64,000 nucleotides of DNA from an uncultured Sphingomonas sp. (lineage in GTDB: Bacteria; Pseudomonadota; Alphaproteobacteria; Sphingomonadales; Sphingomonadaceae): contig CAYSHL010000001.1 of NCBI GenBank assembly GCA_964430865.1, positions 3,946 through 67,945 on the forward strand, read 5' to 3'. A program made the translations under genes and the position numbers. Below the pieces are notes generated by a model that was not told the DNA's origin, did not search any database, and saw only the letters and a program-made list of their open reading frames with translations. Below, one piece after another: positions 32,520 through 45,519 of the stretch (positions within the stretch are counted from its first letter, which is position 1; every line of letters begins with the position of its first letter).

Positions 32520-32858
32520 ATGCACGACGTCCCGCTATCAAGGTTCCGCGAGCAAGCCGGGGAAGCCGTCGGGCTGATGAAGGCGATGGCGAGCGAGCCG
32601 CGATTGTTGGTCCTGTGCTTCCTCGCCGAGCGCGGCGAGATGTCGGTCGGCGAGATCGCCGATGAGATCGCGATCAGTCAATCGGCATTGTCGCAACATC
32701 TGGCCAAGCTTCGCGAGCAACGGCTGGTCGCCACGCGCAAGCAGGCCCAGACGGTCCTCTACCGCGTCAGCGACCCCAAAGCGGAACAGTTGCTGGTGCT
32801 GCTCCATAACCTTTTCTGTCCCGAACTGGGCAAGGATCCAGCCGGAGAAGCGCGATGA
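32520..32858 (+). CDS. ArsR family persulfide-sensing repressor (BigR/SqrR-like)
   Basis: RLLVLCFL, SQSALSQHLAKLR, LFCP (two cysteines). Confidence 0.9.
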   Translation: MHDVPLSRFREQAGEAVGLMKAMASEPRLLVLCFLAERGEMSVGEIADEIAISQSALSQHLAKLREQRLVATRKQAQTVLYRVSDPKAEQLLVLLHNLFCPELGKDPAGEAR

Positions 32859-33784
32859 CCCCGGACAGGCCACTCGAGAGAGCGATCACCCAGGTCGCCG
32901 CCGTGCGGCAAGGCGAGGCCCGCGCGCCGGCGGTCCGCAGTTTCTTCGATGAAGCGACCTTTACCGCCAGCTATGTCGTCAGCGATCCGTCGAGCGGCGC
33001 CGCGGCGATCATCGACAGCGTGCTCGACTTCGACCATGCGGCCGGCCGAACCAGCACTGTCGCGGCCGACGCGATGATTGCTTTCGTGGAGGAGCAGGGA
33101 CTCAGGGTCGACTGGATCCTTGAGACCCACGCCCATGCCGACCACCTGTCCGCGGCGCCTTATCTGCAAGGCAAGGTCGGCGGGAGACTGGCGATTGGCG
33201 CGGACATCGTCGCCGTCCAGCATGTGTTCGGCACGCTGTTTAACGAGGGCGGCGATTTCCCCCGCGACGGGTCGCAGTTCGACCGCTTGCTGGCCGACGG
33301 CGACACGCTGGCCATTGGGGACATCCCGCTGATCGCCCTGCACGTGCCGGGTCATACGCCGGCAGACATGGCCTATGTGATCGGCGATGCGCTGTTCACC
33401 GGCGACACTATGTTCATGCCCGACTACGGCTCGGCGCGCTGCGATTTCCCGGGCGGAGACGCGCGGCAGCTTTACCGGTCGGTACGCCGGCTGATGCGCC
33501 TGCCCGACGCCACGCGCGTCTTCCTGTGCCACGATTACAAGGCGCCGGGGCGCGATGCCTTTGCATTCGAGACGACCATGATCGCCGAGCGCACCGCCAA
33601 CGTCCATCTTCACGAGGGCGTTAGCGAGGATGATTTCGTCGCCATGCGAACCCAGCGCGACGCGACCTTGCCAATGCCCAGGCTGATCCTGCCGTCGCTA
33701 CAGGTGAATATGCGCGGGGGTCGCCTGCCCGAGCCGGAGGACAATGGCGTGCGCTATCTGAAGCTGCCGCTGGACAAGCTGTGA
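32855..33784 (+). CDS. Persulfide dioxygenase (ETHE1/Blh-like MBL fold)
   Basis: [39 protein letters not shown]. Confidence 0.93.
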   Translation: MTPDRPLERAITQVAAVRQGEARAPAVRSFFDEATFTASYVVSDPSSGAAAIIDSVLDFDHAAGRTSTVAADAMIAFVEEQGLRVDWILETHAHADHLSAAPYLQGKVGGRLAIGADIVAVQHVFGTLFNEGGDFPRDGSQFDRLLADGDTLAIGDIPLIALHVPGHTPADMAYVIGDALFTGDTMFMPDYGSARCDFPGGDARQLYRSVRRLMRLPDATRVFLCHDYKAPGRDAFAFETTMIAERTANVHLHEGVSEDDFVAMRTQRDATLPMPRLILPSLQVNMRGGRLPEPEDNGVRYLKLPLDKL

Positions 33785-34218
33785 TGCTGGCCGCCTTCCC
33801 GCACGCCCAGCCCATCGCGGGACTGACTGGCGGCCTGCTGATCGGCTTGGCCGGCGCGCTGATGCTGCTCGGCGCGGGGCGCATCGCGGGCGTCTCTGGC
33901 ATCGCCGCCCGGGCCACCGGGCTGAGCGGCGGCGACATGGCGCGCGGCAGCGCCCTGGCGTTCCTCGCCGGGCTGCCCCTCGGCGCGCTGCTGGCCGCGA
34001 CAGGCAGCGACTGGCGCCCGGCGAGCTTCGCGTCATGGCCGCTGCTCGTCGCCGCCGGCTTGCTGGTCGGGTTTGGCACGCGGCTCGGCAGCGGTTGCAC
34101 CAGCGGGCACGGCGTCTGCGGCGTCAGCCGCCTGTCGCAACGGTCATTGGTCGCCACGGCGGTGTTCATCGCCGCGGGCGTCGCGACGGTATTCGTCCTG
34201 TCGCAGGTCGGCCGATGA
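33784..34218 (+). CDS. YeeE/YedE sulfur transporter subunit
   Basis: [20 protein letters not shown]. Confidence 0.9.
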   Translation: MLAAFPHAQPIAGLTGGLLIGLAGALMLLGAGRIAGVSGIAARATGLSGGDMARGSALAFLAGLPLGALLAATGSDWRPASFASWPLLVAAGLLVGFGTRLGSGCTSGHGVCGVSRLSQRSLVATAVFIAAGVATVFVLSQVGR

Positions 34219-34640
34219 ACGCCGTCCGCCGCTTCCTGCCGCCGCTGGTTTCCGGCACGCTGTTCGGCGCGGGACTGACTGTGTCGGGGATGACCGACCC
34301 GGCGCGCGTGCGCGGCTTCCTCGACCTGTTCGGCGCCTGGGACCCGACGCTCGCCTTCGTCATGGCCGGGGCGATCGCCGTGATGGCACTTGCGTGGCGG
34401 CTCCGCGCGGGGATGGCCAGGCCCTGGTTCGGCGACAAATTCTCGCTGCCCGACCGCCGCGACCTCGAGCCTCGGCTGATCATTGGCGCGACGCTGTTCG
34501 GCGTTGGCTGGGGTCTTGCGGGTCTGTGCCCCGGACCGGCCATCGCCACGCTCGCCCTGTCGCCCGTCGCGGTCCTGCCGTTCGTCGTCGCGATGTTCGC
34601 CGGAATGGCCCTCAGCACCCGCTTTCGAGAACAGGAATAA
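34215..34640 (+). CDS. YeeE/YedE sulfur transporter subunit 2
   Basis: SGMTDP..V.GFLD, WDPTL, GLCPGPA. Confidence 0.9.
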   Translation: MNAVRRFLPPLVSGTLFGAGLTVSGMTDPARVRGFLDLFGAWDPTLAFVMAGAIAVMALAWRLRAGMARPWFGDKFSLPDRRDLEPRLIIGATLFGVGWGLAGLCPGPAIATLALSPVAVLPFVVAMFAGMALSTRFREQE

Positions 34641-34975
34641 TGGAATTCACCTGGATCACCCCAAGGTTCGCGGCCGGCCCGCAATTGACGACGGACGATA
34701 TTGCCGCGGCGCGGCCCGCCGGCTTCACCGCGATCATCAACGACCGACCTGACGGCGAGGAACCAGGCCAGCCGCTGTCGCGGGACATTGCCGAGGCCGC
34801 GCGCGCCTGCGGGCTCGCCTATTTCCACATCCCGGTCGTTCCCGGGCAAATCTCCGACGAGGCCGTAGCCGCGTTCGCCGCGGCGCTCGAAGCCGCGGAC
34901 GGCCCAGTGCTCGGCTTCTGCCGGACGGGCAAGCGCGCATCGGCGTTGTTCGAGCGCGCCGCGAAACGCGGCTGA
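34640..34975 (+). CDS. DUF442 sulfurtransferase
   Basis: INDRPDGEEPGQP, FCRTGKR; ATG overlaps the upstream TAA. Confidence 0.88.
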   Translation: MEFTWITPRFAAGPQLTTDDIAAARPAGFTAIINDRPDGEEPGQPLSRDIAEAARACGLAYFHIPVVPGQISDEAVAAFAAALEAADGPVLGFCRTGKRASALFERAAKRG

Positions 34976-34981
34976 ACAAGA

Positions 34982-35767
34982 ATGCTCGAACCGATCCAAT
35001 ATCTGCTCGGCGCGGCGTCCGGTTTGCTGGTCGGCTTCATCCTCGCTTTGGTCGGCGGGGGGGGATCGATTCTCGCGGTCCCGCTGATGGTCTATGTCGT
35101 CGGCGTCGGTAACCCGCATGTCGCCATCGGCACCAGTGCGCTTGCGGTGGCGGCCAATGCCGCGACCGGGCTCACCAACCATGCGCGCGCGGGGACGGTC
35201 AAATGGCGCTGCGCGTTCATGTACTCCGCTGCGGGGATCGCCGGGGCCTTTGCCGGATCGACCGTGGGCAAGTCGTTCGATGGGCAGCGGCTGCTCTTCC
35301 TGTTCGCCATCGTCATGATCGTCGTTGGCGCCTTGATGCTGCGCAGGCGCCACGAATCCGGCGACCCCGACGCAAGCTGTGGGCCGGAGAACGCGCCTAA
35401 AGTCGTCGCCTACGGGTTGGGCACGGGCGTCTTCTCGGGGTTCTTCGGGATCGGCGGCGGGTTTCTCATCGTCCCGGGGCTAATCGCATCCACCGGCATG
35501 CCGATGATCAACGCCGTCGGCTCATCGCTGGTCGCGGTCGCCGCGTTCGGCCTAACCACGGCAGCCAATTATGCCTGGTCGGGGCTGATCGACTGGCCGC
35601 TGGCGGGCGCGTTCATCGCCGGCGGGATCCTCGGCGGCCTTGGCGGGGCCGGGGCGGCACGGCGCCTCGCCGCTGCGAAAGGCCGGCTGACGACGGTGTT
35701 TGCCAGCCTCATCTTCCTGGTGGCCGCCTATATGCTGTGGCAGAGCGCGGCGGCGCTCGGCATCTAG
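34982..35767 (+). CDS. TauE/SafE sulfite exporter
   Basis: [29 protein letters not shown]. Confidence 0.92.
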   Translation: MLEPIQYLLGAASGLLVGFILALVGGGGSILAVPLMVYVVGVGNPHVAIGTSALAVAANAATGLTNHARAGTVKWRCAFMYSAAGIAGAFAGSTVGKSFDGQRLLFLFAIVMIVVGALMLRRRHESGDPDASCGPENAPKVVAYGLGTGVFSGFFGIGGGFLIVPGLIASTGMPMINAVGSSLVAVAAFGLTTAANYAWSGLIDWPLAGAFIAGGILGGLGGAGAARRLAAAKGRLTTVFASLIFLVAAYMLWQSAAALGI

Positions 35768-35982
35768 ACGTCCAAATTGGCGACGCTGAGGGCGTTCTCC
35801 TGGATGAACTCGCGGCGGGGTTCGACGACGTCGCCCATCAGCCGGGTGAAGATTTCGTCGGCGACGTCGGCCTGCGCGACTTCGACCCGCAGCAGCGAGC
35901 GGTTGGCGGGATCGAGCGTCGTTTCCCACAATTGCTCGGGGTTCATTTCGCCCAGGCCCTTGTAGCGCGAGATCGCCAGGCC
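35764..35982 (-). pseudogene. Duplicated 3' end of gyrB
   Basis: Encodes [22 protein letters not shown]...SVANLDV*; 35771-35970 is identical to 37226-37425. Confidence 0.95.
35771..35970. repeat. 200-bp perfect direct repeat, copy 1 (copy 2 at 37226-37425)
   Basis: Base-by-base comparison by eye found no mismatch. Confidence 0.92.
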
Positions 35983-36394
35983 GCTCGCCGATCAGCAGTT
36001 CGGCCATCACCGCGCCGCGCGGCTCGAGGGTGGGCAAATCGATTGCTGAAACATCCAGCACGCCGATGTGGCGCTTCACTAGCAATGCAATGTCGTGCCA
36101 GCCGATGTTGCGGGTCCGAAGCTTGATCATTTTCTCGGCCTTGTCGCCGAGGCCGCCCGGAATGCGCTCGAGCGTCCGACGATGGCGCAGGCCGAAATAC
36201 ACCGGCTTGTAGAGACCGTGCTCGTCGATCAGCTCGTGCGGCACGGCGGACGCGCGCCCGCCAAAGCGCTTGTCGGCCTCCAGCAGCGCGACGACATCGG
36301 TATCGATCTCGCGCAGCACGTCGAGCACGCGCTGCGGATCGCGCCGCCGGTCGGTGCCGATCGCTTTGCGCATATTGTAGTTGGCGACGGTGAT
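35979..36394 (-). pseudogene. 5' half of the EEP gene (about 138 codons), diverged
   Basis: ITVANYNMRKAIG...ELLIGERP; substitutions at conserved motifs (LQE to LLE, GNA to DIA); truncated at the gyrB fragment. Confidence 0.92.
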
Positions 36395-36404
36395 CGGCTG
36401 TCCG

Positions 36405-39879
<3,475 letters not shown>

Positions 39880-40564
39880 TCAAAGGAAGCGTCTTTCCTT
39901 ATGCTCGCCTGACTCAACCACACCAGCTTCGACGAAAGTGCTACTCAGCTGTTTGCCGAGGTATGCTTCGAGTAGATCGCGCATTTGTGTGAAGTCCGGT
40001 TCGCCGGCAGCAGCCGTTTGGTCTGCCGCCTCGAGGGCAGCGTAGTATGGCTCCCGATCCGCGGCTATTTGCTCCGGAATCGTGAGTCTCCCAGGAAGTC
40101 GATCACCGAGACGCGCGCAGAGCACAAGGTATGAAACTGCTCGGGAGGTCCGCCCATTTCCATCCAAAAAGGGGTGAATCCAGTTGAGCCGCCACATTAC
40201 GTAAGAGCATAGTTCTAGCGCGCTTTCGGTCCTTCCAATGGTCGTTTACCCAATCACACATCTTTTCAATGAGCTCGGGCACTTGGCTCTCATGGGGAGG
40301 AGCGTGTTTACTCTTCCCGATAGTGACCGGTGACGGCCGCCACGTGCCAGCATATCGGGAGAGGCCCTCAAGAGCCTCTTTGTGAAGCGCAAGGATCGTC
40401 GATGGCCTGAGTTTAAAAGGTCGGCCGTCACGCGCAACTTGATCGATTAGGTCAAGAACTGCGTCAAACTGTCTGACTGCGTTCTCGGCCTCCCTCTGCG
40501 CAATCACAGTTGGATCCGTCAGGAGTTCGGGTTCGCTACCAATGCTCTCGCGATCCCCGCCCAT
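39880..40564 (-). pseudogene. Fic family toxin, frameshifted (or sequencing error)
   Basis: HPFLDGNGRTSR motif; removing one base of ttt at 40224-40226 joins the two ORFs as HWKDRSALELCSYVMWRLNWIHPF. Confidence 0.85.
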
Positions 40565-40734
40565 TAGGCCTTCTTGATCCGGTCAGCAGCCTCATCCACC
40601 ATGTGCCTGGTCACACGCTCATTTTCGATATGCGCATTACCGTATGCAAAACTTCGGCGCTGAGCTTCTCGGTCTTCCTTGCTCATGGGCGCTCGCTTCG
40701 CGGCACTGAGCATTTTTTCAAGATCATCTTCCAT
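40564..40734 (-). CDS. Putative Fic antitoxin (56 aa)
   Basis: Translated by hand: MEDDLEKMLSAAKRAPMSKEDREAQRRSFAYGNAHIENERVTRHMVDEAADRIKKA; GGGAGG RBS; TAATG overlap with fic; not in the ORF track. Confidence 0.75.
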   Translation of the reverse strand: MEDDLEKMLSAAKRAPMSKEDREAQRRSFAYGNAHIENERVTRHMVDEAADRIKKA

Positions 40735-40809
40735 GGCGTGCCTCCCTACCCAATGTGTTCTTCTGTTGGAGTCGCGTCAACGCCTGCGCGCAGATATTTG
40801 CTTCAAAAC

Positions 40810-42141
40810 CTACCCCTGCGCCCTCCGCTGGCCGCTGGGGCGGCCGCGGTTGCCGCCGGGGCGGCCGCCGGGCCGGGCTCCGCCGCCGCGATGGGCGGGG
40901 TGGCGGTTGGGGCGGTGGTCGCCGCTGGGGCGTGAGGGGCCTTGGCGGTAGTTGCGCTGCTCGCGGACGGCCGGGGCCGGCTTGAGCGCCCGGGTCGAGC
41001 GCACCGCGTCGGCGAAATTGCCGGGCAGCGGGTCGATACCGAGCTTCTGGCGGGTCAGGCGCTCGATGTCGCGCAGCAGAGGCCGCTCTTCATCCGAGCA
41101 GAACGCAATCGCGATGCCCGAGGCTCCGGCGCGAGCGGTGCGGCCGATGCGATGGACATACTGATCGGGCACGTGCGGCAAATCGTAGTTGAAGACGTGG
41201 CTGACGCCCGGGATGTCGATGCCGCGCGCGGCGATGTCGGTCGCCACCAGCACCTTGATCTCGCCCGAGCGGAACAGAGCGATCGCCCGCTCGCGTTGCG
41301 GCTGGCTCTTGTTGCCGTGGATCGCATTGACGTGGATCCCGGCCGCGCTGAGCATCCGGACGATCTTGTCGGCGCCGTGCTTGGTGCGGCTGAACACCAG
41401 CGCCCGCTCGACCGGAGCGGTCTTGAGCAGATGGATCAGCAGCGCCTGCTTCTCCGCCTGGTTGACGAAGGTGACGCGCTGCTCGACCCGCTCGACCGTG
41501 GTCGCGACCGGGGCGACCGAAACTTCGGCCGGGTTGGTCAGATAGCGGTCGGCGAGCTCCTTGATCGCCCGCGGCATGGTCGCCGAGAAGAACAGGGTCT
41601 GGCGCTTCGGCGGGACCAAGGCGACGATGCGCTTCAACGCGTGGATGAAGCCCAGGTCGAGCATCTGGTCGGCCTCGTCGAGGACGAGGATTTCGAGCTC
41701 GCGAAGGTTGATGGCGCGCTGGTCGACGAGGTCGAGCAGGCGGCCGGGCGTTGCGACGAGGACGTCGAGCCCGCGCGACACTTCGCGAACGCTCTTGCCG
41801 TTGGGGACGCCGCCGAAGACGACTCCGACCGACAGCTTCATGAACTTGCCGTAGGCGCGTGCCGAAGCGGCGATCTGCGCGGCGAGCTCACGCGTCGGCG
41901 CGAGCACCAGCATGCGGATCTGGCCGGGCTTCAGATAAGCGCGGTTGGCCGCCAGCCGGTCGAGCGACGGAAGCACGAAGGCGGCCGTCTTGCCGGTCCC
42001 GGTCTGGGCGATGCCCAACAGGTCGCGGCCGGTGAGAACGGTCGGGATCGCCTGGCGCTGGATCGGTGTCGGGACATTGTAATTGGCGTGCGCGAGCGCA
42101 TCGAGAACGGGCTTCGAGAGCCCGAGAGTCTGAAAAGTCAC
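40810..42141 (-). CDS. DEAD-box RNA helicase (RhlE-like)
   Basis: AQTGTGKT, PTRELA, DEAD, SAT, HRIGRTARAG. Confidence 0.95.
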   Translation of the reverse strand: MTFQTLGLSKPVLDALAHANYNVPTPIQRQAIPTVLTGRDLLGIAQTGTGKTAAFVLPSLDRLAANRAYLKPGQIRMLVLAPTRELAAQIAASARAYGKFMKLSVGVVFGGVPNGKSVREVSRGLDVLVATPGRLLDLVDQRAINLRELEILVLDEADQMLDLGFIHALKRIVALVPPKRQTLFFSATMPRAIKELADRYLTNPAEVSVAPVATTVERVEQRVTFVNQAEKQALLIHLLKTAPVERALVFSRTKHGADKIVRMLSAAGIHVNAIHGNKSQPQRERAIALFRSGEIKVLVATDIAARGIDIPGVSHVFNYDLPHVPDQYVHRIGRTARAGASGIAIAFCSDEERPLLRDIERLTRQKLGIDPLPGNFADAVRSTRALKPAPAVREQRNYRQGPSRPSGDHRPNRHPAHRGGGARPGGRPGGNRGRPSGQRRAQG

Positions 42142-42342
42142 TGTGTATTACCTTGAATCATTTGGCCGGCAGCGACCGCGCAAAGTGCGGGCGCCAGCGG
42201 CGGGGAGTTGAGCACCCCGCGTGATATGGGAGAGCAGTTGGTCGAGACGCGGGCCGGTCGTTGAAAACCGATCACGCCGCTTGATGGCGTCTCGTGCTGC
42301 AGTGCAACATAGGGGCTAAACGTTAAAAGTCCACCCCGCTGC

Positions 42343-42422
42343 CGTCTTTGCGAGCGGAGCGCGGCAAGCCAGCTTCTTTGTTGTGGCTGGATTGCCGCGT
42401 CGCTGCGCTCCTCGCAATGACG
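42343..42422. repeat. Family B palindromic repeat (CGTC...GACG ends)
   Basis: cgtctttgcgag...ctcgcaatgacg; sister copy at 43592. Confidence 0.85.
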
Positions 42423-43586
42423 CTAAAGGGAGTGGGTTTGCCCGCCCTCGACATGGAAGCGCGAGGCCGCGGCGATGCCGTCGAACAGCGCCGCTTCGGT
42501 CGCCGTCATCCACACCTGGCCGCGGCCTTCGAGGCGGTCGAACAGAGCGGCGCGGCGGCGCGGGTCGAGGTGCGCGGCGACCTCGTCGAGCAGCAGGATC
42601 GGCGGCGCCCCGCGGCGCGCGGCGACCAGCTCGGCATGCGACAGCACCAGGCCCAGCAGCAGCGCCTTTTGCTCGCCGGTCGAGCTTTGCGCCGCCGGCA
42701 TGGCCTTGGCGCGGTGGGTGACGATGAGGTCGTGGCGATGCGGGCCGACGGTCGTCCGGCCGGCGGCGGCGTCGCGGCCGCGGCTGGACCTGAGCTCGGC
42801 CGCGAGATCGCCGTCTCCCCAGCCTTCGAGGGCCAGCTTGGCAACCGCGAAGTCGGCTTCGGGCGTAGCGCTCAGGCGTTCGTCGAGCGCGGCGACGGTT
42901 CGGGTCCGAGCACCGGCGACGGCGGCGCCATGTTCGGCCATCCCCGCTTCCAGCGCCGCCAGCCAGGCGGGGTCGGCGCCGTCGGGGTCGGCGAGCAATT
43001 TGTTGCGGGCGCGCATCGCGGCTTCGTAGCGTGCCGAATGGTGGGCGTGGGCGGGCTCGAGCGCCAGCACCAGCCGGTCGAGGAAGCGCCGCCGGGCGCC
43101 GGCGCTGTCGGCGAACAGCCGGTCCATCGCCGGGGTCAGCCACAGCACCGACAGCCATTCGGACAGCGAGTTGACCGCGGCGGGCGCGCCGTTGATGCGG
43201 ACCTGGCGGCGCTCGGGCGCGGTGGCGAGGGTGCCGGTGCCGATGGAAACACTCCCCCTCCCGTCATCGGGAGGGGGCTGGGGGGAGGGCCTGTCGTCGT
43301 CAGCGCCGGATCCGGACAGGCCCTCCCCTCGGTCCCCTCCCGATGACGGGAGGGGAGGAAGGAGAGCCGCCGCGACCGCGAATCCGCCGGGACCGTTGTT
43401 GCGGGCCATCTCGGCGAGCGGGGCTCCGCGCAGCCCGCGCCCCGGCGTCAGCAGCGACACCGCCTCGAGCATGTTGGTCTTGCCGGCGCCATTGTCGCCC
43501 GACAGCAGCACGAAGCCCGGCCCCGGCGCGATCGTCGCTGCGGCGTAGGAGCGGAAATCGGTGAGTGTCAGTCGAGTGAGATGCAC
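42423..43586 (-). CDS. recF: DNA replication/repair protein RecF with an in-frame repeat insertion
   Basis: [37 protein letters not shown]; follows dnaN. Confidence 0.95.
   Translation of the reverse strand: MHLTRLTLTDFRSYAAATIAPGPGFVLLSGDNGAGKTNMLEAVSLLTPGRGLRGAPLAEMARNNGPGGFAVAAALLPPLPSSGGDRGEGLSGSGADDDRPSPQPPPDDGRGSVSIGTGTLATAPERRQVRINGAPAAVNSLSEWLSVLWLTPAMDRLFADSAGARRRFLDRLVLALEPAHAHHSARYEAAMRARNKLLADPDGADPAWLAALEAGMAEHGAAVAGARTRTVAALDERLSATPEADFAVAKLALEGWGDGDLAAELRSSRGRDAAAGRTTVGPHRHDLIVTHRAKAMPAAQSSTGEQKALLLGLVLSHAELVAARRGAPPILLLDEVAAHLDPRRRAALFDRLEGRGQVWMTATEAALFDGIAAASRFHVEGGQTHSL
43253..43356. repeat. Family A palindromic repeat inside recF
   Basis: cccctcccgtcatcgggagggg ... cccctcccgatgacgggagggg; translated in frame. 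Confidence 0.9.
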
Positions 43587-43591
43587 GCCGT

Positions 43592-43671
43592 CGTCCTTGC
43601 GAGGAGCGCAGCGACGAAGCAATCCAGCGCAAACAAAGAAACTGGATTGCTTCGCTACGCTCGCAACGACG
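43592..43671. repeat. Family B palindromic repeat between dnaN and recF
   Basis: cgtccttgcgag..gaagcaatccag...ctggattgcttc..ctcgcaacgacg. Confidence 0.85.
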
Positions 43672-43687
43672 AATTATCGCGGATCGC

Positions 43688-44791
43688 TCACACCCGCATC
43701 GGCATCAGCACATAGAGCGCGTTGGACTTGTCGTTTTCGCGCAGGAGCGTGGGGGCCGCCGCGTCGGCGAGGTGGACTTCGACGCTGTCGCCCTCGATCT
43801 CGTGGAGGATGTCCATCAGATAGCGGGCGTTGAAGCCGATCTCGAGCCCGTCGGAGGCGTAGTCGGCGGGCAGCTCCTCGGTCGCGAGGCCGTTCTCCGG
43901 GCTGGTCACCGACAGCGTCACCTTGTCGCGGTCGACGCTCATCTTGACCGCGCGGGTTTTCTCGCTGGCGATGGTCGAGACCCGGTCGACGCCCTGCATG
44001 AAGCTCTTCGGGTCGAGCTTGAGCAGCTTGTCGTTGGCGGTCGGGATCACCCGGTTGTAGTCGGGGAAAGTGCCGTCGATCAGCTTGCTGGTCAGGACCG
44101 CGCTGCCGAGGCCGAAACGGACTTTCGTGGGCGACAGCGAGACTTCGACCGTGCCTTCGACCTCGTCGAGGAGCTTGCGCAGCTCGGCGACGCATTTGCG
44201 CGGGATGATCACGTCCGGCATGCCGTCGGCGCCGTCGGGCTTGGGCACCGTGACCCGCGCCAGCCGGTGGCCGTCGGTCGCCGCGGCCTTGAGCAGATCG
44301 TCGGCGACGTGGAGGAAGATGCCCATCAGATAGTAGCGCGTCTCCTCGGTCGAGATCGCGAACTTGGTCTTGTCGATCACCTGGCGCAGCGTCGCCGCCG
44401 GAAGCTCGAAGCGGGTCGGCAAATCGCCCTCGGCAATGACCGGGAAATCGTCGCGCGGAAGCGTCGACAGATTGAACCGCGAGCGGCCCGAATTGACCTG
44501 CATCTTGCCCTCGGCCGCGGTCAGCTCGACCTGGCTTCCCTCGGGCAGCTTGCGGATGATGTCAAACAAGGTGTGGGCCGAAACCGTCGTCGCCCCGGCC
44601 TGGCCGACGTTGGCGGCAACGCTCTCGTCGACCTGCAGGTCGAGGTCGGTCGCCATCAGCCGGATCGAGCCGTCGTCATTGGCTTCGACCAGCACGTTCG
44701 ACAGGATCGGGATGGTGTTGCGGCGCTCGACCACCGACTGGACGTGACTCAAGCTCTTGAGCAAAGTCGCCCGTTCGATCGTCGCCTTCAT
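43688..44791 (-). CDS. dnaN: DNA polymerase III beta clamp
   Basis: RNTIPILSNV, ATDGHRL, SKLIDGTFPDY, GFNARYL, VLMPMRV. Confidence 0.98.
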   Translation of the reverse strand: MKATIERATLLKSLSHVQSVVERRNTIPILSNVLVEANDDGSIRLMATDLDLQVDESVAANVGQAGATTVSAHTLFDIIRKLPEGSQVELTAAEGKMQVNSGRSRFNLSTLPRDDFPVIAEGDLPTRFELPAATLRQVIDKTKFAISTEETRYYLMGIFLHVADDLLKAAATDGHRLARVTVPKPDGADGMPDVIIPRKCVAELRKLLDEVEGTVEVSLSPTKVRFGLGSAVLTSKLIDGTFPDYNRVIPTANDKLLKLDPKSFMQGVDRVSTIASEKTRAVKMSVDRDKVTLSVTSPENGLATEELPADYASDGLEIGFNARYLMDILHEIEGDSVEVHLADAAAPTLLRENDKSNALYVLMPMRV

Positions 44792-44868
44792 TGTCCGTCC
44801 CTAGCCCCGTTCAGCGCGTGCCGCTGCTTTATAGCGACCGCTGCCGCGCGTGCCAGTGGGAAAGGGCG

Positions 44869-45438
44869 TTAGCCTTCGCCCTGCTGCGAGGGCACCAGCA
44901 CCGTGTCGATGTGGTGGACGACGCCGTTCGAATGCTTGTCGTCGGCCTTCGATACGGTCGCCTTGGCGCCGGCCGCGTCGGTCAGCACGACCTTGCCGCC
45001 CTCGCGCGTCGCGGTCAGCGTTCCGCCGCCCATGGTGGCGAGGACCGCCTTGCCCTTGCCGTTGTCGATCGCCTTGCCGATGTCGTCGGCGAGGATCGTG
45101 CCCGGCAGGATGTGGTTGGTCAGGACGCCGGTCAGCTGGGCGCGCGATTCGGGCTTCAGCCAGGTATCGGTCGTGCCCGCCGGAAGCTTGCCGAACGCGG
45201 CGTCGTCGGGGACCAGCACCGTGTACGGGCCCGGCCCGGCCAGGGTCGCGTCGAGCCCGGCGGCCTTGGCGGCGGCGAAGAAGCGGCTGTTCTGGTCGAC
45301 CCCGGCGGCGATCGTCTTGGCGCCGGCCGAATCCTTGGCCTCGCCGGCCGGTGCGCCGCCCGGCTGGTCGGCTTTGTCGCAGGCGTTGAGCGCGAGAGCC
45401 GCGGCTGCAACCCCGAACGCGAGCGCGGTTCTGGTCAT
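44869..45438 (-). CDS. Fasciclin (FAS1) domain lipoprotein
   Basis: LNAC lipobox, GPYTVLVP.D.AF, SNGVVHHIDTVL. Confidence 0.9.
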   Translation of the reverse strand: MTRTALAFGVAAAALALNACDKADQPGGAPAGEAKDSAGAKTIAAGVDQNSRFFAAAKAAGLDATLAGPGPYTVLVPDDAAFGKLPAGTTDTWLKPESRAQLTGVLTNHILPGTILADDIGKAIDNGKGKAVLATMGGGTLTATREGGKVVLTDAAGAKATVSKADDKHSNGVVHHIDTVLVPSQQGEG

Positions 45439-45471
45439 GCCAAATTCCTCCTGTTGTTCTGTCTGCGAAAC

Positions 45472-45495
45472 GGCCCGGCAACGCATTGCCGGGCC
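45472..45495. terminator. Hairpin downstream of the Tyr-rich repeat gene
   Basis: ggcccggcaa-cgca-ttgccgggcc perfect 10-bp stem; weak U-tract. Confidence 0.55.
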
Positions 45496-45519
45496 ATCCC
45501 GATCCATCACCCGATAGAT

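Noticed and set aside
43688..44870. Possible oriC near dnaN-recF-gyrB
   Set aside because: No dnaA gene, DnaA-box cluster or AT-rich unwinding region is visible.
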